Assembly (NCBI GenBank): GCA_964500125.1 | Contig: CAZCMV010000001.1 | Location: 54,119-118,118, forward strand | Reading direction: 5' to 3' | DNA length: 64,000 nt | From: an uncultured Bdellovibrionales bacterium | GTDB lineage: Bacteria > Patescibacteriota > Minisyncoccia > Moranbacterales > GWC2-37-73 | Shown here: positions 25,375 through 35,866 of the stretch, piece after piece | Layout: every line of letters begins with the position of its first letter | Position numbering within the stretch: the first letter of the stretch is position 1 | Notes under the pieces: generated by a model | Database searches by the model: none | What the model was told of the DNA's origin: nothing | Seen by the model: the letters and a program-made list of their open reading frames with translations, nothing else | Made by a program: the position numbers and the translations under genes

Positions 25375-26142
25375 TTATTTTAATGCTTTACAAGCATAGC
25401 TCATAATCGCACGCAAAGATGAAACCGCATCATCATTGGCCGGAATAACATAATCGATTCCGGAAGGATCAACATTGGTATCCGCAATAGCCACTATCGG
25501 CACACCAACTTTCTGAGCTTCCTTAATTGCCAAATTATCTTCTTTGATACTCATGACAAATATAGCAGCAGGTAATTCAATCATGTGTTTAATTCCGCCC
25601 ATACGCTTTTCCATCTTTTCAAGCTCTTCAATCTTTTTCATCTGTTCAAACTTGGTGTATTTTTTGAATTCACCTCTGGCAAATTTGTCCTGTGAGTCCA
25701 CCAAATATCTCGCACGCTGACGAATTATCTTAAAGTTAGTAAATGTTCCTCCTAGCCATCTTTCCGTCACAAAAGGCATATTAGAGAATTCAGCAACGTT
25801 GCGAGCCAAATCACGAGCCTGGGTTTTTGTCCCCACAAAAAGAATCTTCTTGCCCGATTTTTTAATTTCTGCCAAAAAATCCATTGTTTCGCTCAACTTT
25901 TCTGCAGTTTTTTGTAAATCAATTATGTTAATACCCTTACGAGTTGTAAAAATATACTGGTCCATTTTTGGATTCCTACGAGCTTTTTGATGGCCAAAAT
26001 GAACTCCATTTTTAAGAAGATTTTCCAATGTTAGTTCCAATTTGTCCAAATCAATACTAGCGAAATAGTTTTCCGCCTCTTCTGTCTTTTTAGAAGCTAT
26101 TGCTTCAGGCGCAGATACTGCCATGTCTTTTTTCATTGTCAT
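25375..26142 (-). CDS. rpsB: 30S ribosomal protein S2
   Basis: GVHFGH, RWLGGTFTN, DTNVDP, PANDDA. Confidence 0.97.
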   Translation of the reverse strand: MTMKKDMAVSAPEAIASKKTEEAENYFASIDLDKLELTLENLLKNGVHFGHQKARRNPKMDQYIFTTRKGINIIDLQKTAEKLSETMDFLAEIKKSGKKILFVGTKTQARDLARNVAEFSNMPFVTERWLGGTFTNFKIIRQRARYLVDSQDKFARGEFKKYTKFEQMKKIEELEKMEKRMGGIKHMIELPAAIFVMSIKEDNLAIKEAQKVGVPIVAIADTNVDPSGIDYVIPANDDAVSSLRAIMSYACKALK

Positions 26143-26520
26143 TACTTTTATTCCTTAATGTGTTACTTACTCGCCATTTGGCAAGCTGTCTGAAAAATCA
26201 GACCGTAAAACCTCCTACCCAAGCCATTTTTGGCCACATTCCCCCAATGAGGGACAGGATTGACCAGGTCTTGGATATAATGGATCGCGCTCCGGATCTA
26301 TCCGTCCAGCACGTATATGGCTCAGTATAGCGAAAGACTGAGCACTTGTCAATTTTCCTTCTATATGCTACATTATCCAAGCGCTATCAAATCATTATAA
26401 ATGAAATTCGAGTCATTCGAGTGCTTATTAGAAAATTAGCGTCACCATTTGTGCAAATTCAGCAATAGTGACCCTAATGCTCTAGTTTTCACACTAATAA
26501 CTCAAATAGATGACTATTTT

Positions 26521-26790
26521 ATGAAAAAAAATATCCATCCCGAATACCATGAAGACGCTAAAGTTATCTGCTCTTGTGGAGCAATTCTGGAAACCGGGTC
26601 AACCCTAAAAGAAACGCATGTGGAAATCTGTTCCCAGTGCCACCCTTTCTATACTGGCAAGAAAAAAGTTATTGATACTACCGGACGCGTTGATCGTTTC
26701 AAAAAACTTGCCCAAAAAGCTGCAGCAGCTAAAAAAACAACTAAATCAAAGAAGGAAAAGCTTGCAAAGAAAACTGAAAAGAAGAAATAG
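26521..26790 (+). CDS. rpmE: 50S ribosomal protein L31
   Basis: [29 protein letters not shown]. Confidence 0.95.
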   Translation: MKKNIHPEYHEDAKVICSCGAILETGSTLKETHVEICSQCHPFYTGKKKVIDTTGRVDRFKKLAQKAAAAKKTTKSKKEKLAKKTEKKK

Positions 26791-26802
26791 TTTATCAATA
26801 TC

Positions 26803-26831
26803 ACAAAACCCCGCTCAAAGCGGGGTTTTGT
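26803..26831. terminator. Bidirectional terminator between rpmE and mscL
   Basis: ACAAAACCCCGC-TCAAA-GCGGGGTTTTGT. Confidence 0.85.
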
Positions 26832-26841
26832 TTTGTAAAAT

Positions 26842-27225
26842 TTATTTTTTGAGCAAATCTCGAATTTCACGTAGCAGCAAAATTTCCTCTGTCGGTTTTG
26901 CCATTTCTTTTTCTTCTTGTTTTTTAAGTTTTTCCAATTGTTTAATTACTACAAAAATCGAAAAGGCGATAATCAAAAAATCAATCACTGAATTGATAAA
27001 TAAACCATAGTTGATCGTAACCGCCGGGATATTACCAGAAGCTTTTTTGAGCGTAATGGCCAAATTCGAAAAATCAACACCACCTGTAAGCAAGCCAATT
27101 GGTGGCATAATGATGTCGGAAACAAAAGAACTTACAATTTTACCAAAGGCACCACCAATAACAACACCGACCGCTAAATCAACAACATTGCCTTTCATGG
27201 CAAATTTTTTAAATTCTTTAATCAT
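26842..27225 (-). CDS. mscL: Large-conductance mechanosensitive channel
   Basis: [24 protein letters not shown]...LLREIRDLL. Confidence 0.97.
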   Translation of the reverse strand: MIKEFKKFAMKGNVVDLAVGVVIGGAFGKIVSSFVSDIIMPPIGLLTGGVDFSNLAITLKKASGNIPAVTINYGLFINSVIDFLIIAFSIFVVIKQLEKLKKQEEKEMAKPTEEILLLREIRDLLKK

Positions 27226-27257
27226 ATCATTAACCTACTTCCACATATTACTTAAAA

Positions 27258-28400
27258 CTAAAAAATATCTTTTAACTTTCCTATGAGATCAAATTTTAGA
27301 AAATCGCGATACGTTACGAATATCATTAACCCTATCAAAATAGCAAATCCCGCTGTGTGAAAAATCTGTTCTACTTTTTGACTTACCGGGGATCCCTTTA
27401 TTTTTTCAATTAGTATAAACAAAACCCTTCCACCATCCAAGGCAGGAAAAGGGAAAGCGTTAATAATACCTAAATTGACGCTCAATATCGCTGCAAAACG
27501 CAAAATATGAGCAATTCCCAATGGGATAACTTCGCCCGTATACACGGCAATACCAACCACGCCTGTAACCTCCAATCCTCCACCTTGTCCCAAAAGCAAC
27601 ATTTTGAGAACCATAAATATCATCAAAAACACATTACCCAGTTCAACAAATCCTCGCCAAAGCGCAGGAAAAAATGAATATGACACTTTTGCAACTTGTA
27701 CCAAACTCACACCAATTCTTCCTTTTTCACTATCTGGAGAAATTTCAGGAGTGCCTTTTAATGCCATTTTTTCATCTCCTCTTTTGATATTGAGACTTAT
27801 TTCTTTTCCGGTATTTGTACCGATAAATTCTTGCACCCCTTCAACCCCTTTAATATTATATATTTTTCCATCTGGACCTTTTTGCTTCGTCTCAATGACA
27901 TCTCCCATGCGCAAACCCATCTTCTGAGCCGGCGAGCCATCCTCCACTTTTTCAATCAACACATATGACCCTTTAGTGTTGGCATTTTCCACTTCTTGCG
28001 GAATTCCTAGCATATATCCAACTGAAAACAATAGCCAAGCAAAAACAAAATTCATCACCACGCCAGCAATCAAAACCTTACTGCGTACCCATGGACTCTT
28101 GCTGGCAAAACTGTCTTCTCCACCTTCATCACCATTTTCTCCCTTAATACGCACAAACCCGCCAATCGGCAACCAATTAATAGAATAAATTGTGTTCTTT
28201 GATTCAACATGCTTGCTGCCCCAAATCCAATCCCACTTCCCTGTCTGATCGTTTTTCACCACCCCCAAGGCACGCGGTGGGAATCCAAAACCGAATTCAT
28301 CAGCCTTGATGCCATTCCTTCGCGCCACCACAAAATGCCCAAACTCGTGGACAAAAACCAAAAAACCGAGAATTATGATAAAAACCAATATTGTAAGCAT
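27258..28400 (-). CDS. rseP: RIP metalloprotease RseP (M50, PDZ)
   Basis: HEFGH, PDZ region, NAFPFPALDGG. Confidence 0.92.
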   Translation of the reverse strand: MLTILVFIIILGFLVFVHEFGHFVVARRNGIKADEFGFGFPPRALGVVKNDQTGKWDWIWGSKHVESKNTIYSINWLPIGGFVRIKGENGDEGGEDSFASKSPWVRSKVLIAGVVMNFVFAWLLFSVGYMLGIPQEVENANTKGSYVLIEKVEDGSPAQKMGLRMGDVIETKQKGPDGKIYNIKGVEGVQEFIGTNTGKEISLNIKRGDEKMALKGTPEISPDSEKGRIGVSLVQVAKVSYSFFPALWRGFVELGNVFLMIFMVLKMLLLGQGGGLEVTGVVGIAVYTGEVIPLGIAHILRFAAILSVNLGIINAFPFPALDGGRVLFILIEKIKGSPVSQKVEQIFHTAGFAILIGLMIFVTYRDFLKFDLIGKLKDIF

Positions 28401-28492
28401 TATCTTGTTGTTTAATTAACGAGTTAAAGTGTTAACGAGTTTTACGCATAAACATCCCAACACACTAACTCGTGAACTCTTTAATAAATAAT

Positions 28493-29050
28493 TTACACCG
28501 TCATAATGTCTTGTTCTTTCTTCGCTCTGATTTCTTCAATTTTTTTATTATATTGATCAATAACTTCCTGCAATTTGTCTTTGCCTTTGAATTTATCATC
28601 TTCAGAAATCTCACCAGCCTTCTCCATATCCTGAATTTCTTTGAGAGCATCCTCTCTTGCCATACGCACCGCAATGCGTGCATCTTCCGCTTTTTGATTA
28701 AGCACTTTTACTAAGTCCTTGCGACGTTCTTCCGTAAGAGCTGGAACATTGATGCGGATCACCACTCCGTCATTGTTTGGATTAAATCCTAAATCAGATT
28801 CACGAATTGCTCCTTCAATTATGGCTAATGCACCACGATCCCATGGCTGAATCATGATTGTACGCGGTTCCGGTGTGTTAATTGTTGCAATTTGCTTGAG
28901 TGGAGTTTTGGTGCCATAATAATCAACCTTTAAATCCTCAACTAATGATGGCGTTGCTCGTCCGGTTCTTAATCTTCCAAGCTCAATCTGAAGATGCTCA
29001 ATCGTCTTTTCTAAATCAGTTTTTTTTCTTTCAATCACTTGTGCGTACAT
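28493..29050 (-). CDS. frr: Ribosome recycling factor
   Basis: LRTGRATP, PALTEERRK. Confidence 0.97.
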   Translation of the reverse strand: MYAQVIERKKTDLEKTIEHLQIELGRLRTGRATPSLVEDLKVDYYGTKTPLKQIATINTPEPRTIMIQPWDRGALAIIEGAIRESDLGFNPNNDGVVIRINVPALTEERRKDLVKVLNQKAEDARIAVRMAREDALKEIQDMEKAGEISEDDKFKGKDKLQEVIDQYNKKIEEIRAKKEQDIMTV

Positions 29051-29103
29051 GTTTTTAGAGTTATGAATTATGAATTTATGCCACTTATTATGTAAAGTTA
29101 TTT

Positions 29104-30171
29104 TTAGATGTTCCTCAGCCCCATATATACCTTTTGTGAATCAACAGGACTGAATTTTATTACGCCAACTCCCTTCTTAGTATCAAGTTGATAAGTAGAC
29201 CATTTTATTCCACCATCTGTCGTACGATAGATTGCCCGTGCCGCGACATAAATAATTTCCTTATTATTTTTAGGATTAATAGCTAATCCGCGAATGGCAA
29301 ATCCTTCACTACTAGCAATCACATTCAGAGACTCCCATTTACTACCTCCTTCAGAAACTTTTATTACACCTTTTTTTGTTCCTACATACACAACACCTTT
29401 GACCTGAGGATCTGCAATAACAGAATATACATCACTTCCCGTTATCCCCGAAACAATTCCTTCTTTTGCAACCATGTCAGACATTGTGGCGCCACCATCA
29501 ACTGTTTCTAAAATACCTTTTTGAAAAACCCCGAAGTATAAGTGAGTGCCGCCACCAGCATCAAACACGATACTTGTCACTGGTCCGTCAGCTTTTTGGA
29601 GATTTTTCCAGGTGTCCCCACCATCTGATGATTTTATAATAACTCCAGTAGAAATTCCAGCATATATATAAGAGTTATTTAATTCATCTACTGCCAGAGA
29701 GGTAATCAAAGTGCCATCAGCTGGCTCGGTATATATTTCCTTCCATTCGCCATCTCCCTGCTTCTTAAAGATCTTACCGCGATTATTATATGCTCCTCCC
29801 GCATAAATCGTTTCCGTATCATTAGGATCAAACGATATGGCATAAACTTTTTGTGCAAACGCCTCCACCTGCCACGTCTCAGCTCCATCCACACTTTTAA
29901 GTAAACCGTTCTTCTCGGTACCAGCATAAACTATATTTGCATCAGTAGGATGTACAGCAATTGTTAAAATGTCAGCGGCAGTTATATTCTTTTCATCATC
30001 CACTTTTATCTTTGGATTCCAATTTACGCCACCGTCCGTAGACACAAAAAAATTATTAGCCGACTTTCCTGATACTGAGGCACCAGTATTGCCAGGCACC
30101 AACGAGCATCCGGAAAGAAAAATTACTACAAATAATATACTACCTAATAAATATATATTTTTCATAATCAA
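29104..30171 (-). CDS. Lipoprotein with BNR/Asp-box (Ycf48-like) beta-propeller
   Basis: FLSGC lipobox; repeated SxDGGxTW motifs. Confidence 0.85.
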   Translation of the reverse strand: MIMKNIYLLGSILFVVIFLSGCSLVPGNTGASVSGKSANNFFVSTDGGVNWNPKIKVDDEKNITAADILTIAVHPTDANIVYAGTEKNGLLKSVDGAETWQVEAFAQKVYAISFDPNDTETIYAGGAYNNRGKIFKKQGDGEWKEIYTEPADGTLITSLAVDELNNSYIYAGISTGVIIKSSDGGDTWKNLQKADGPVTSIVFDAGGGTHLYFGVFQKGILETVDGGATMSDMVAKEGIVSGITGSDVYSVIADPQVKGVVYVGTKKGVIKVSEGGSKWESLNVIASSEGFAIRGLAINPKNNKEIIYVAARAIYRTTDGGIKWSTYQLDTKKGVGVIKFSPVDSQKVYMGLRNI

Positions 30172-30271
30172 ATAATAACATAAAAAAACAACTCTGTTTA
30201 GAAAAGGCTGATAAAGTTTGACTTTCCCCTTTCATAAAGCTATAATCACACTGTTATTATAACAAAAAATC

Positions 30272-31339
30272 ATGAGAAATCAATTAAACACCATTAAAAA
30301 CGAATACCAACAAATTACCGAGCAACTCAGCTGCCCTGAGATTCTTTCCAATTCTCGCAAAATGGCCGAACTTGGCAGAAGACAATCTGAACTTTCCGAA
30401 ATAATCAGCAAAATAGACCACTTGGAAAAAATAGAGCACGACATGAAAGGCAATGCACAAATAATCAACGCTGGAGATGATGCGGAAATGAAGCAAATGG
30501 CCTTAGATGAAAATGTTCAACTTGCCCAAGAAAAAGAAACTCTGGAAAAAGAAATTGAAACGCTACTTCTCCCCAAAGACCCCAACGACACAAAAAATTC
30601 AATTGTAGAAATCCGCGCCGGCGCGGGTGGCGATGAATCAGCGCTTTTCGCCGCTTCCATCTTCCGCATGTATTTAAAATACGCCGAAAACAACGGCTGG
30701 CAAACATCAGTACTGAATTCCAATCAAACCGAACTAGGTGGTTTCAAAGAAGTAGTATTTGAAATAAACGGCCAAGGCGTATATGGCAAAATGAAATATG
30801 AGTCCGGCGTACACCGAGTGCAACGAGTGCCAGAAACCGAAAAAATGGGTCGCGTGCATACTTCCACTGCTACTGTTGCCGTTTTACCTGAAGCTGAAGA
30901 AGTTGAATTAGTTATCAATGAAAAAGATCTGCGCATCGACACTTTCGCTTCCTCCGGTCCTGGCGGACAATCCGTCAACACCACTATGAGCGCCGTACGC
31001 ATCACACATCTTCCAACCAGCACCGTTGTTTCCTGCCAAGATGAGAAATCTCAGCATAAAAACAAAGACAAGGCGATGAAAGTTTTGCGCTCGCGCTTGG
31101 CTCAATTGGAAGAAGAGACACGTGCCAAAGAATTGGGAGAAGCCAGAAAAAGCCAAATTGGCACTGGCGACCGCAGCGAAAAAATCAGAACATATAATTT
31201 CCCGCAGGACCGCATCACCGATCACCGCATCAAGCAAAATTGGAGCAACATCGAAGGCATTCTCGCTGGAAACCTTGAATCAATCATCAGCGCACTCCAA
31301 GAAGAAGACATCCGACTCAAGATGTTGAGAGCATCTTAA
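30272..31339 (+). CDS. prfA: Peptide chain release factor 1
   Basis: VQRVPETE (PxT), [19 protein letters not shown]. Confidence 0.97.
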   Translation: MRNQLNTIKNEYQQITEQLSCPEILSNSRKMAELGRRQSELSEIISKIDHLEKIEHDMKGNAQIINAGDDAEMKQMALDENVQLAQEKETLEKEIETLLLPKDPNDTKNSIVEIRAGAGGDESALFAASIFRMYLKYAENNGWQTSVLNSNQTELGGFKEVVFEINGQGVYGKMKYESGVHRVQRVPETEKMGRVHTSTATVAVLPEAEEVELVINEKDLRIDTFASSGPGGQSVNTTMSAVRITHLPTSTVVSCQDEKSQHKNKDKAMKVLRSRLAQLEEETRAKELGEARKSQIGTGDRSEKIRTYNFPQDRITDHRIKQNWSNIEGILAGNLESIISALQEEDIRLKMLRAS

Positions 31340-31443
31340 AGATTTCAAAGTTCTAATTCCCAATTTCCAATTAAATCCCGATTATCAAATAATTAAATAA
31401 AATAAGGGCATTGAGACAATGTCTCAATGCCCTCGTAAGCATA

Positions 31444-32493
31444 CTATAAAGCACCGATTTTGCGAGCACAATCTAATATATTTGTGCCCATTTTTAAGCC
31501 CGTAAAAGCTTTGGGATTCCTTACCCAGGCGTTCCTGTTTCTTCCAGAACTTTTTGCTGCATACAGAGCAACATTCGCAGCATTCATCAAGTTTTTGATG
31601 CCCTCTTCCAAAGAATATATCTCCTTGGAAAAAGGACAGATCCCTGCGGAAAAAGTAAGTCTTCTGTCGATAATCTCCATCTGCAAAATATCGCATCGCA
31701 GCTGTTTAAGCATCTTTTCTGCAGAATCACTTGGCATATAAAATGCAAACTCTTCTCCTCCTATTCTTGCAAAAAATGCCTTTGGATATTTCTCTTGTAT
31801 TTTACGAATGCTTTGAGCAAAAAATACCAACACATTGTCTCCGACAGAGTGTCCGTATTCGTCATTGATTTTCTTAAAATAATCAATGTCAATCATTCCA
31901 AAAACATAACCCTCCCAGAAAATCCCTTCCTCCCTTGTTTTCTTTTCCCAAAATCTCCTGTTTGGAAGTTGCGTCAAATCATCAATATAAATACGCGTAT
32001 CAGGAAAATCAGGCTTGCTGTGCATAATCATCATTTTCAGCAACATCGTTTCTCGAAGCAAACCACATATCATCTTTAATTCATTCTCACGATATGCATA
32101 GTTGCGAGCATTTTCAGTATCATCGATTCCAACCAAAAAATATGCCGGCGATTCTCCATATGTTACCAAAAAAGTGAATGTAACATCATTACCAATTCCT
32201 TCTCTTGCTGACACTTCTAAAAAACCATCGACAGGCTCTCCTTCTGGAATATCTTCCAATTCATACAAACCAGTCATTTTGAAAATACCAGTGGAAGCTA
32301 TTAATATCCACCGCTTTTGCAATGAATCGTATTTCAGCAATGAGATACGGTTTGCATCAGTTAAATCAGCCAAATCGTCGAGGATAACATCCAAAAATGC
32401 TTCGAATTGATAAGTGCGTATAGCATTAAGCCATCGCCAAAATTCCTCTCCTATAATTTTGATTCCAAACTGCTCAAATGCTTTTTTGAACAT
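31444..32493 (-). CDS. Diguanylate cyclase (GGDEF domain) with N-terminal sensory region
   Basis: DDLTQLPNRR, DIDYFKKINDEYGHSVGD, RIGGEEF, ALYAAKSSGRN. Confidence 0.9.
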   Translation of the reverse strand: MFKKAFEQFGIKIIGEEFWRWLNAIRTYQFEAFLDVILDDLADLTDANRISLLKYDSLQKRWILIASTGIFKMTGLYELEDIPEGEPVDGFLEVSAREGIGNDVTFTFLVTYGESPAYFLVGIDDTENARNYAYRENELKMICGLLRETMLLKMMIMHSKPDFPDTRIYIDDLTQLPNRRFWEKKTREEGIFWEGYVFGMIDIDYFKKINDEYGHSVGDNVLVFFAQSIRKIQEKYPKAFFARIGGEEFAFYMPSDSAEKMLKQLRCDILQMEIIDRRLTFSAGICPFSKEIYSLEEGIKNLMNAANVALYAAKSSGRNRNAWVRNPKAFTGLKMGTNILDCARKIGAL

Positions 32494-32641
32494 TTTGCGA
32501 CACCTCCTTTTTGGTTTTTATTCTTTTGGGAAATAACTTACAAAGTAACGCATTAAAACCTACCATACAAACAAGTATAAATCAAGACTTTACACAATAC
32601 CAACATTTGCCTATAATCCACACATCTATAATATATTTCAA

Positions 32642-33574
32642 ATGAAGCAAATATCCCAAAAAACAATTCTGAACATAACAAGAGGAAATCAGAAAAAGCT
32701 AGCTTTGTTTGAAATTCAGCTTCTTTGCGCTGAGGTTATTGGCAAATCGCGCGAATTCGTCATAACACATCCAGAGTATGTCCTATCCTCCTCCCAACTA
32801 TCAACTCTCCAATCTCAAATCCGTCGACGCCTTAAGGGGGAGCCGATTGCTTATATTTTAGGCCACAAAGAATTTTATGGACTAGCTTTTCTAGTAAACA
32901 AGCACACACTTATTCCCCGCCCAGAGACAGAGTTGGTCACAGATTTGGTGCTTGATAAATTACGTAACTTATTACGTAACAAGTTACGTAATACCTCGAT
33001 TATTGATATAGGAACCGGAAGTGGGAATATTATCATATCTATTGCGCATAATATACAGCATGAAACACATAACATAAAACATGCAACAAAATTATACGGG
33101 ATTGATATTTCCAAAGAAGCATTGAAAGTTGCACGCAAAAACGCCAAATTACACAAAGTAAACGAGAACATAAAATTCCTCCAGGGAGATTTGTTACTAC
33201 CCATATCAAAATCCAAAAACTATAAACCAGAAGCTGGAAACTTAATCATTACTGCCAATTTGCCATATCTTTCCAAAGAAATTTATAACAGCACACCACG
33301 CGACGTCAAAAACTTTGAACCAAAGTCCGCCCTCCACTCCCCTAAATCCGGTCTAGCGCATTATGAAAGACTGCTAAAACAAATTCAAAAAATGCTCAAA
33401 GAATGTTACATGTTACACGTTACATGTTACATGGAAATTAGTCCCGAACAAAAACCCCTACTGCTCTTACTTGTTAAAAATTTTTTTCCAAAAACAAAAA
33501 TACGATTTCACAAAGATCTTGCAGGTAAATGGAGAATATGTGAAGTATATAATTTACATTTTCTGCAATACTAA
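32642..33574 (+). CDS. prmC: Release factor glutamine methyltransferase
   Basis: GEPIAYILG, LIPRPETE, DIGTGSG, ANLPY. Confidence 0.93.
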   Translation: MKQISQKTILNITRGNQKKLALFEIQLLCAEVIGKSREFVITHPEYVLSSSQLSTLQSQIRRRLKGEPIAYILGHKEFYGLAFLVNKHTLIPRPETELVTDLVLDKLRNLLRNKLRNTSIIDIGTGSGNIIISIAHNIQHETHNIKHATKLYGIDISKEALKVARKNAKLHKVNENIKFLQGDLLLPISKSKNYKPEAGNLIITANLPYLSKEIYNSTPRDVKNFEPKSALHSPKSGLAHYERLLKQIQKMLKECYMLHVTCYMEISPEQKPLLLLLVKNFFPKTKIRFHKDLAGKWRICEVYNLHFLQY

Positions 33575-33614
33575 TAATATTTGCGATTATATCCAAATCG
33601 ACCTGAAAAAACAT

Positions 33615-33640
33615 AAAACCCCGCTATAAACGGGGTTTTA
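33615..33640. terminator. Bidirectional terminator
   Basis: TAAAACCCCG-CTATAAA-CGGGGTTTTA. Confidence 0.8.
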
Positions 33641-33688
33641 TGCATGTCGGCTTACGATGAAACCGAACAAGAGCTATTCAAGAAAAAA

Positions 33689-33859
33689 TTATTTTCTTTT
33701 TTTTGCTACTTTTTTAACAGTCTTCTTTTTTGGAGCTGCCTTTTTAACTGCCTTTTTTACAGTTTTGGTAGCTTTCTTTACTGTCTTCTTGGCAACCTTC
33801 TTTTTAGCTACTTTCTTGACTGTTTTTTTAACTGCCTTTTTAGCTTTTTTTACGGCCAT
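33689..33859 (-). CDS. Histone H1-like Lys/Ala/Val-rich small protein (56 aa), below the ORF-track cutoff
   Basis: MAVKKAKKAVKKTVKKVAKKKVAKKTVKKATKTVKKAVKKAAPKKKTVKKVAKKRK; strong SD GGAGGTG upstream; terminator downstream. Confidence 0.85.
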   Translation of the reverse strand: MAVKKAKKAVKKTVKKVAKKKVAKKTVKKATKTVKKAVKKAAPKKKTVKKVAKKRK

Positions 33860-34462
33860 GGAACTCACCTCCTTCTATACATCTTGTCTATTCTATATTC
33901 ATACTGAACACCTAAGTCCCGCATCCTTTTTTGAGTGTCATAGCTCAATTAAAGAAAATACGAAACCAAATATATTCAGCGAAAGAATTTTTTTTGACTA
34001 AGATATTTTATTTTTTATTTTCTGTGAGAATTTACTCTCACAATTTAATTATAGATTATAATTTCCAAAATGCAACAAGAAAAAGTTATCCACAGTTGCA
34101 GAAATTAAAAATTAAAATACGAAAATCAAAATACATAGAAAAACACTGGGTAAAATAAAACATTTTCATCTTCCAAAAATTAAATTGCCACTCCGTAATA
34201 TTTCATACACAATAAACTAAAATTAATTTCAGACACTTCTTGCTAGTTGCAAATTTAAAATCATAATTTTTATTTTCACATTTTTCATGTTTCATCTTCG
34301 CATAAATTTCGTCTTAGAAAAATATTATAAATTTTTTTCAATTTTCACTTGGATGAATTTACCGTCTGATAAACTTTCGCTCCCCATATTTTTTATTGCA
34401 TAACATATATCTTACAATCCAAATGATTGAAAAATTATGCCAAAAATTACAATATTGTCCAG

Positions 34463-34491
34463 TTGACGCTATTAATCGCCCTATGTAGAAT
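34463..34491 (+). promoter_or_regulatory. sigma70-type promoter
   Basis: TTGACG-17 bp-TAGAAT. Confidence 0.65.
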
Positions 34492-34584
34492 GTAGAAGAA
34501 GAAGGAAATGAGCTCTGATTATGTCAGAGACTGCTTCAACGAAAGCGTCCTTTACCAAGAAGTAACTTTAATCTAGAAAGGAAG

Positions 34585-35292
34585 GTGATACGAATTATGA
34601 TGGAAGAATATACACCAGGTTCCGAATCTGATGAATCACAAACAGGACAACTTAAGCAATGGATTCAAGAAAATCTCAGAATTATCGTAAGTATTTTTAT
34701 TGTGGTTGTAATCGCAGGAGGGATTTATTCATATTCTAAGCGCAGTGACAATCAGATAAACAAAGAAGAAAGTGTTGCTATTGAAGAAAAAATTGAAGGA
34801 GATGATGTTGTCCAAATAGCAGAAGATTCCCAGCAAGAAACGAAGGAATCAGCTGAGTCAATTCAGGGAGAAAAGACGAAGGAATCAACTGAATCAACCC
34901 AGGGAGAAGAAGCTAAGCCCATTGAGAAAAAAGAGGCTGAGGTTAAAACCGAATCTCCAAAGGAAAATGTGTCTTCCGCAGCAACAAGCAAGGAGACCAC
35001 TGAGGCATTCATAGAAACAGCAGCAGAAGGTAATGGAACAACACACCTAGCCCGCAGAGCACTTGCCAACTATCTCGAAAAAAATCCGGATAGCGCTCTA
35101 ACCAAAGAGCATAAGATTTATATCGAGGATTATCTGCGTAAGAATATAGGACACCGTGGAAATGTTTATGTCGGAACACAGATAGAATTCAGCAAAAGTC
35201 TTATTCAGAAAAGCATAGAACAGTCTAAGAAATTAAGTGAAGGTCAACTCAAGAATCTTCAGAAGTATTCATCCTCTGTGTCTGTGATGTAA
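34585..35292 (+). CDS. Membrane-anchored protein with acidic linker
   Basis: Single TM, E/K-rich linker with an internal TKESxESxQGE repeat; start may be ATG 34597/34600. Confidence 0.75.
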   Translation: MIRIMMEEYTPGSESDESQTGQLKQWIQENLRIIVSIFIVVVIAGGIYSYSKRSDNQINKEESVAIEEKIEGDDVVQIAEDSQQETKESAESIQGEKTKESTESTQGEEAKPIEKKEAEVKTESPKENVSSAATSKETTEAFIETAAEGNGTTHLARRALANYLEKNPDSALTKEHKIYIEDYLRKNIGHRGNVYVGTQIEFSKSLIQKSIEQSKKLSEGQLKNLQKYSSSVSVM

Positions 35293-35345
35293 AAGATAGA
35301 ATCACAATATAAATCGCTCTTTTGTGAAAATTATTTCTTTTTATA

Positions 35346-35376
35346 ACAAAAAGTCCGCAACTGCGGATTTTTTGTT
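35346..35376. terminator. Bidirectional terminator
   Basis: AAAAAGTCCGCA-AC-TGCGGATTTTTT. Confidence 0.75.
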
Positions 35377-35398
35377 TAATAAAATCAAAAAAAATTCA

Positions 35399-35866
35399 TT
35401 AAAACTCAAGCTTATCACCTTTTTTTAATTGATATCTTTCGACTGCACCCGCATTTAATTCCAAAACCATATCAACATCATTGTTATACGAAAATGTTCT
35501 CGAATCATTCTCTGATATTTCACGTTCAATATGAACAATTGTGCCATTTCGAAGCCAAATAATATCAAGAGGAAATTTCATGCCTTTCATCCAAAAATAA
35601 CGAATGCCCGGTTCTTGAAATTGAAACAACATACCACAATCAATACATATACTGTCTCGCCCCCCTAATCCTTTTTGCATTTTTTCATCATCAAAAACGA
35701 CTTCGGCTCGCACAATTTTGTTATTTATATTTATCTCAACGATCTTGTTTCCTTTAGGCAAGGAACTTTCCAATCCAACAAAAATCCAAAGTAAACCCAA
35801 AATTAAAATAGTCAAAAAAACAACTGAAAATATTTTTGTAATTTTTATTCTTATTTTCTTGTCCAT
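35399..35866 (-). CDS. DUF192 family protein
   Basis: GMLFQF, FWMKGMKFPLDIIW, VLELNAG. Confidence 0.9.
   Translation of the reverse strand: MDKKIRIKITKIFSVVFLTILILGLLWIFVGLESSLPKGNKIVEININNKIVRAEVVFDDEKMQKGLGGRDSICIDCGMLFQFQEPGIRYFWMKGMKFPLDIIWLRNGTIVHIEREISENDSRTFSYNNDVDMVLELNAGAVERYQLKKGDKLEF

Noticed and set aside
33644-34001. Phe-rich 87-aa and 114-aa plus-strand ORFs
   Set aside because: Antisense of the lysine-rich H1-like gene, which has the SD and terminator
34510-34550. Hammerhead ribozyme (CTGA...GAAA)
   Set aside because: Core reads CTGATTA rather than CTGANGA and is sequestered in a hairpin
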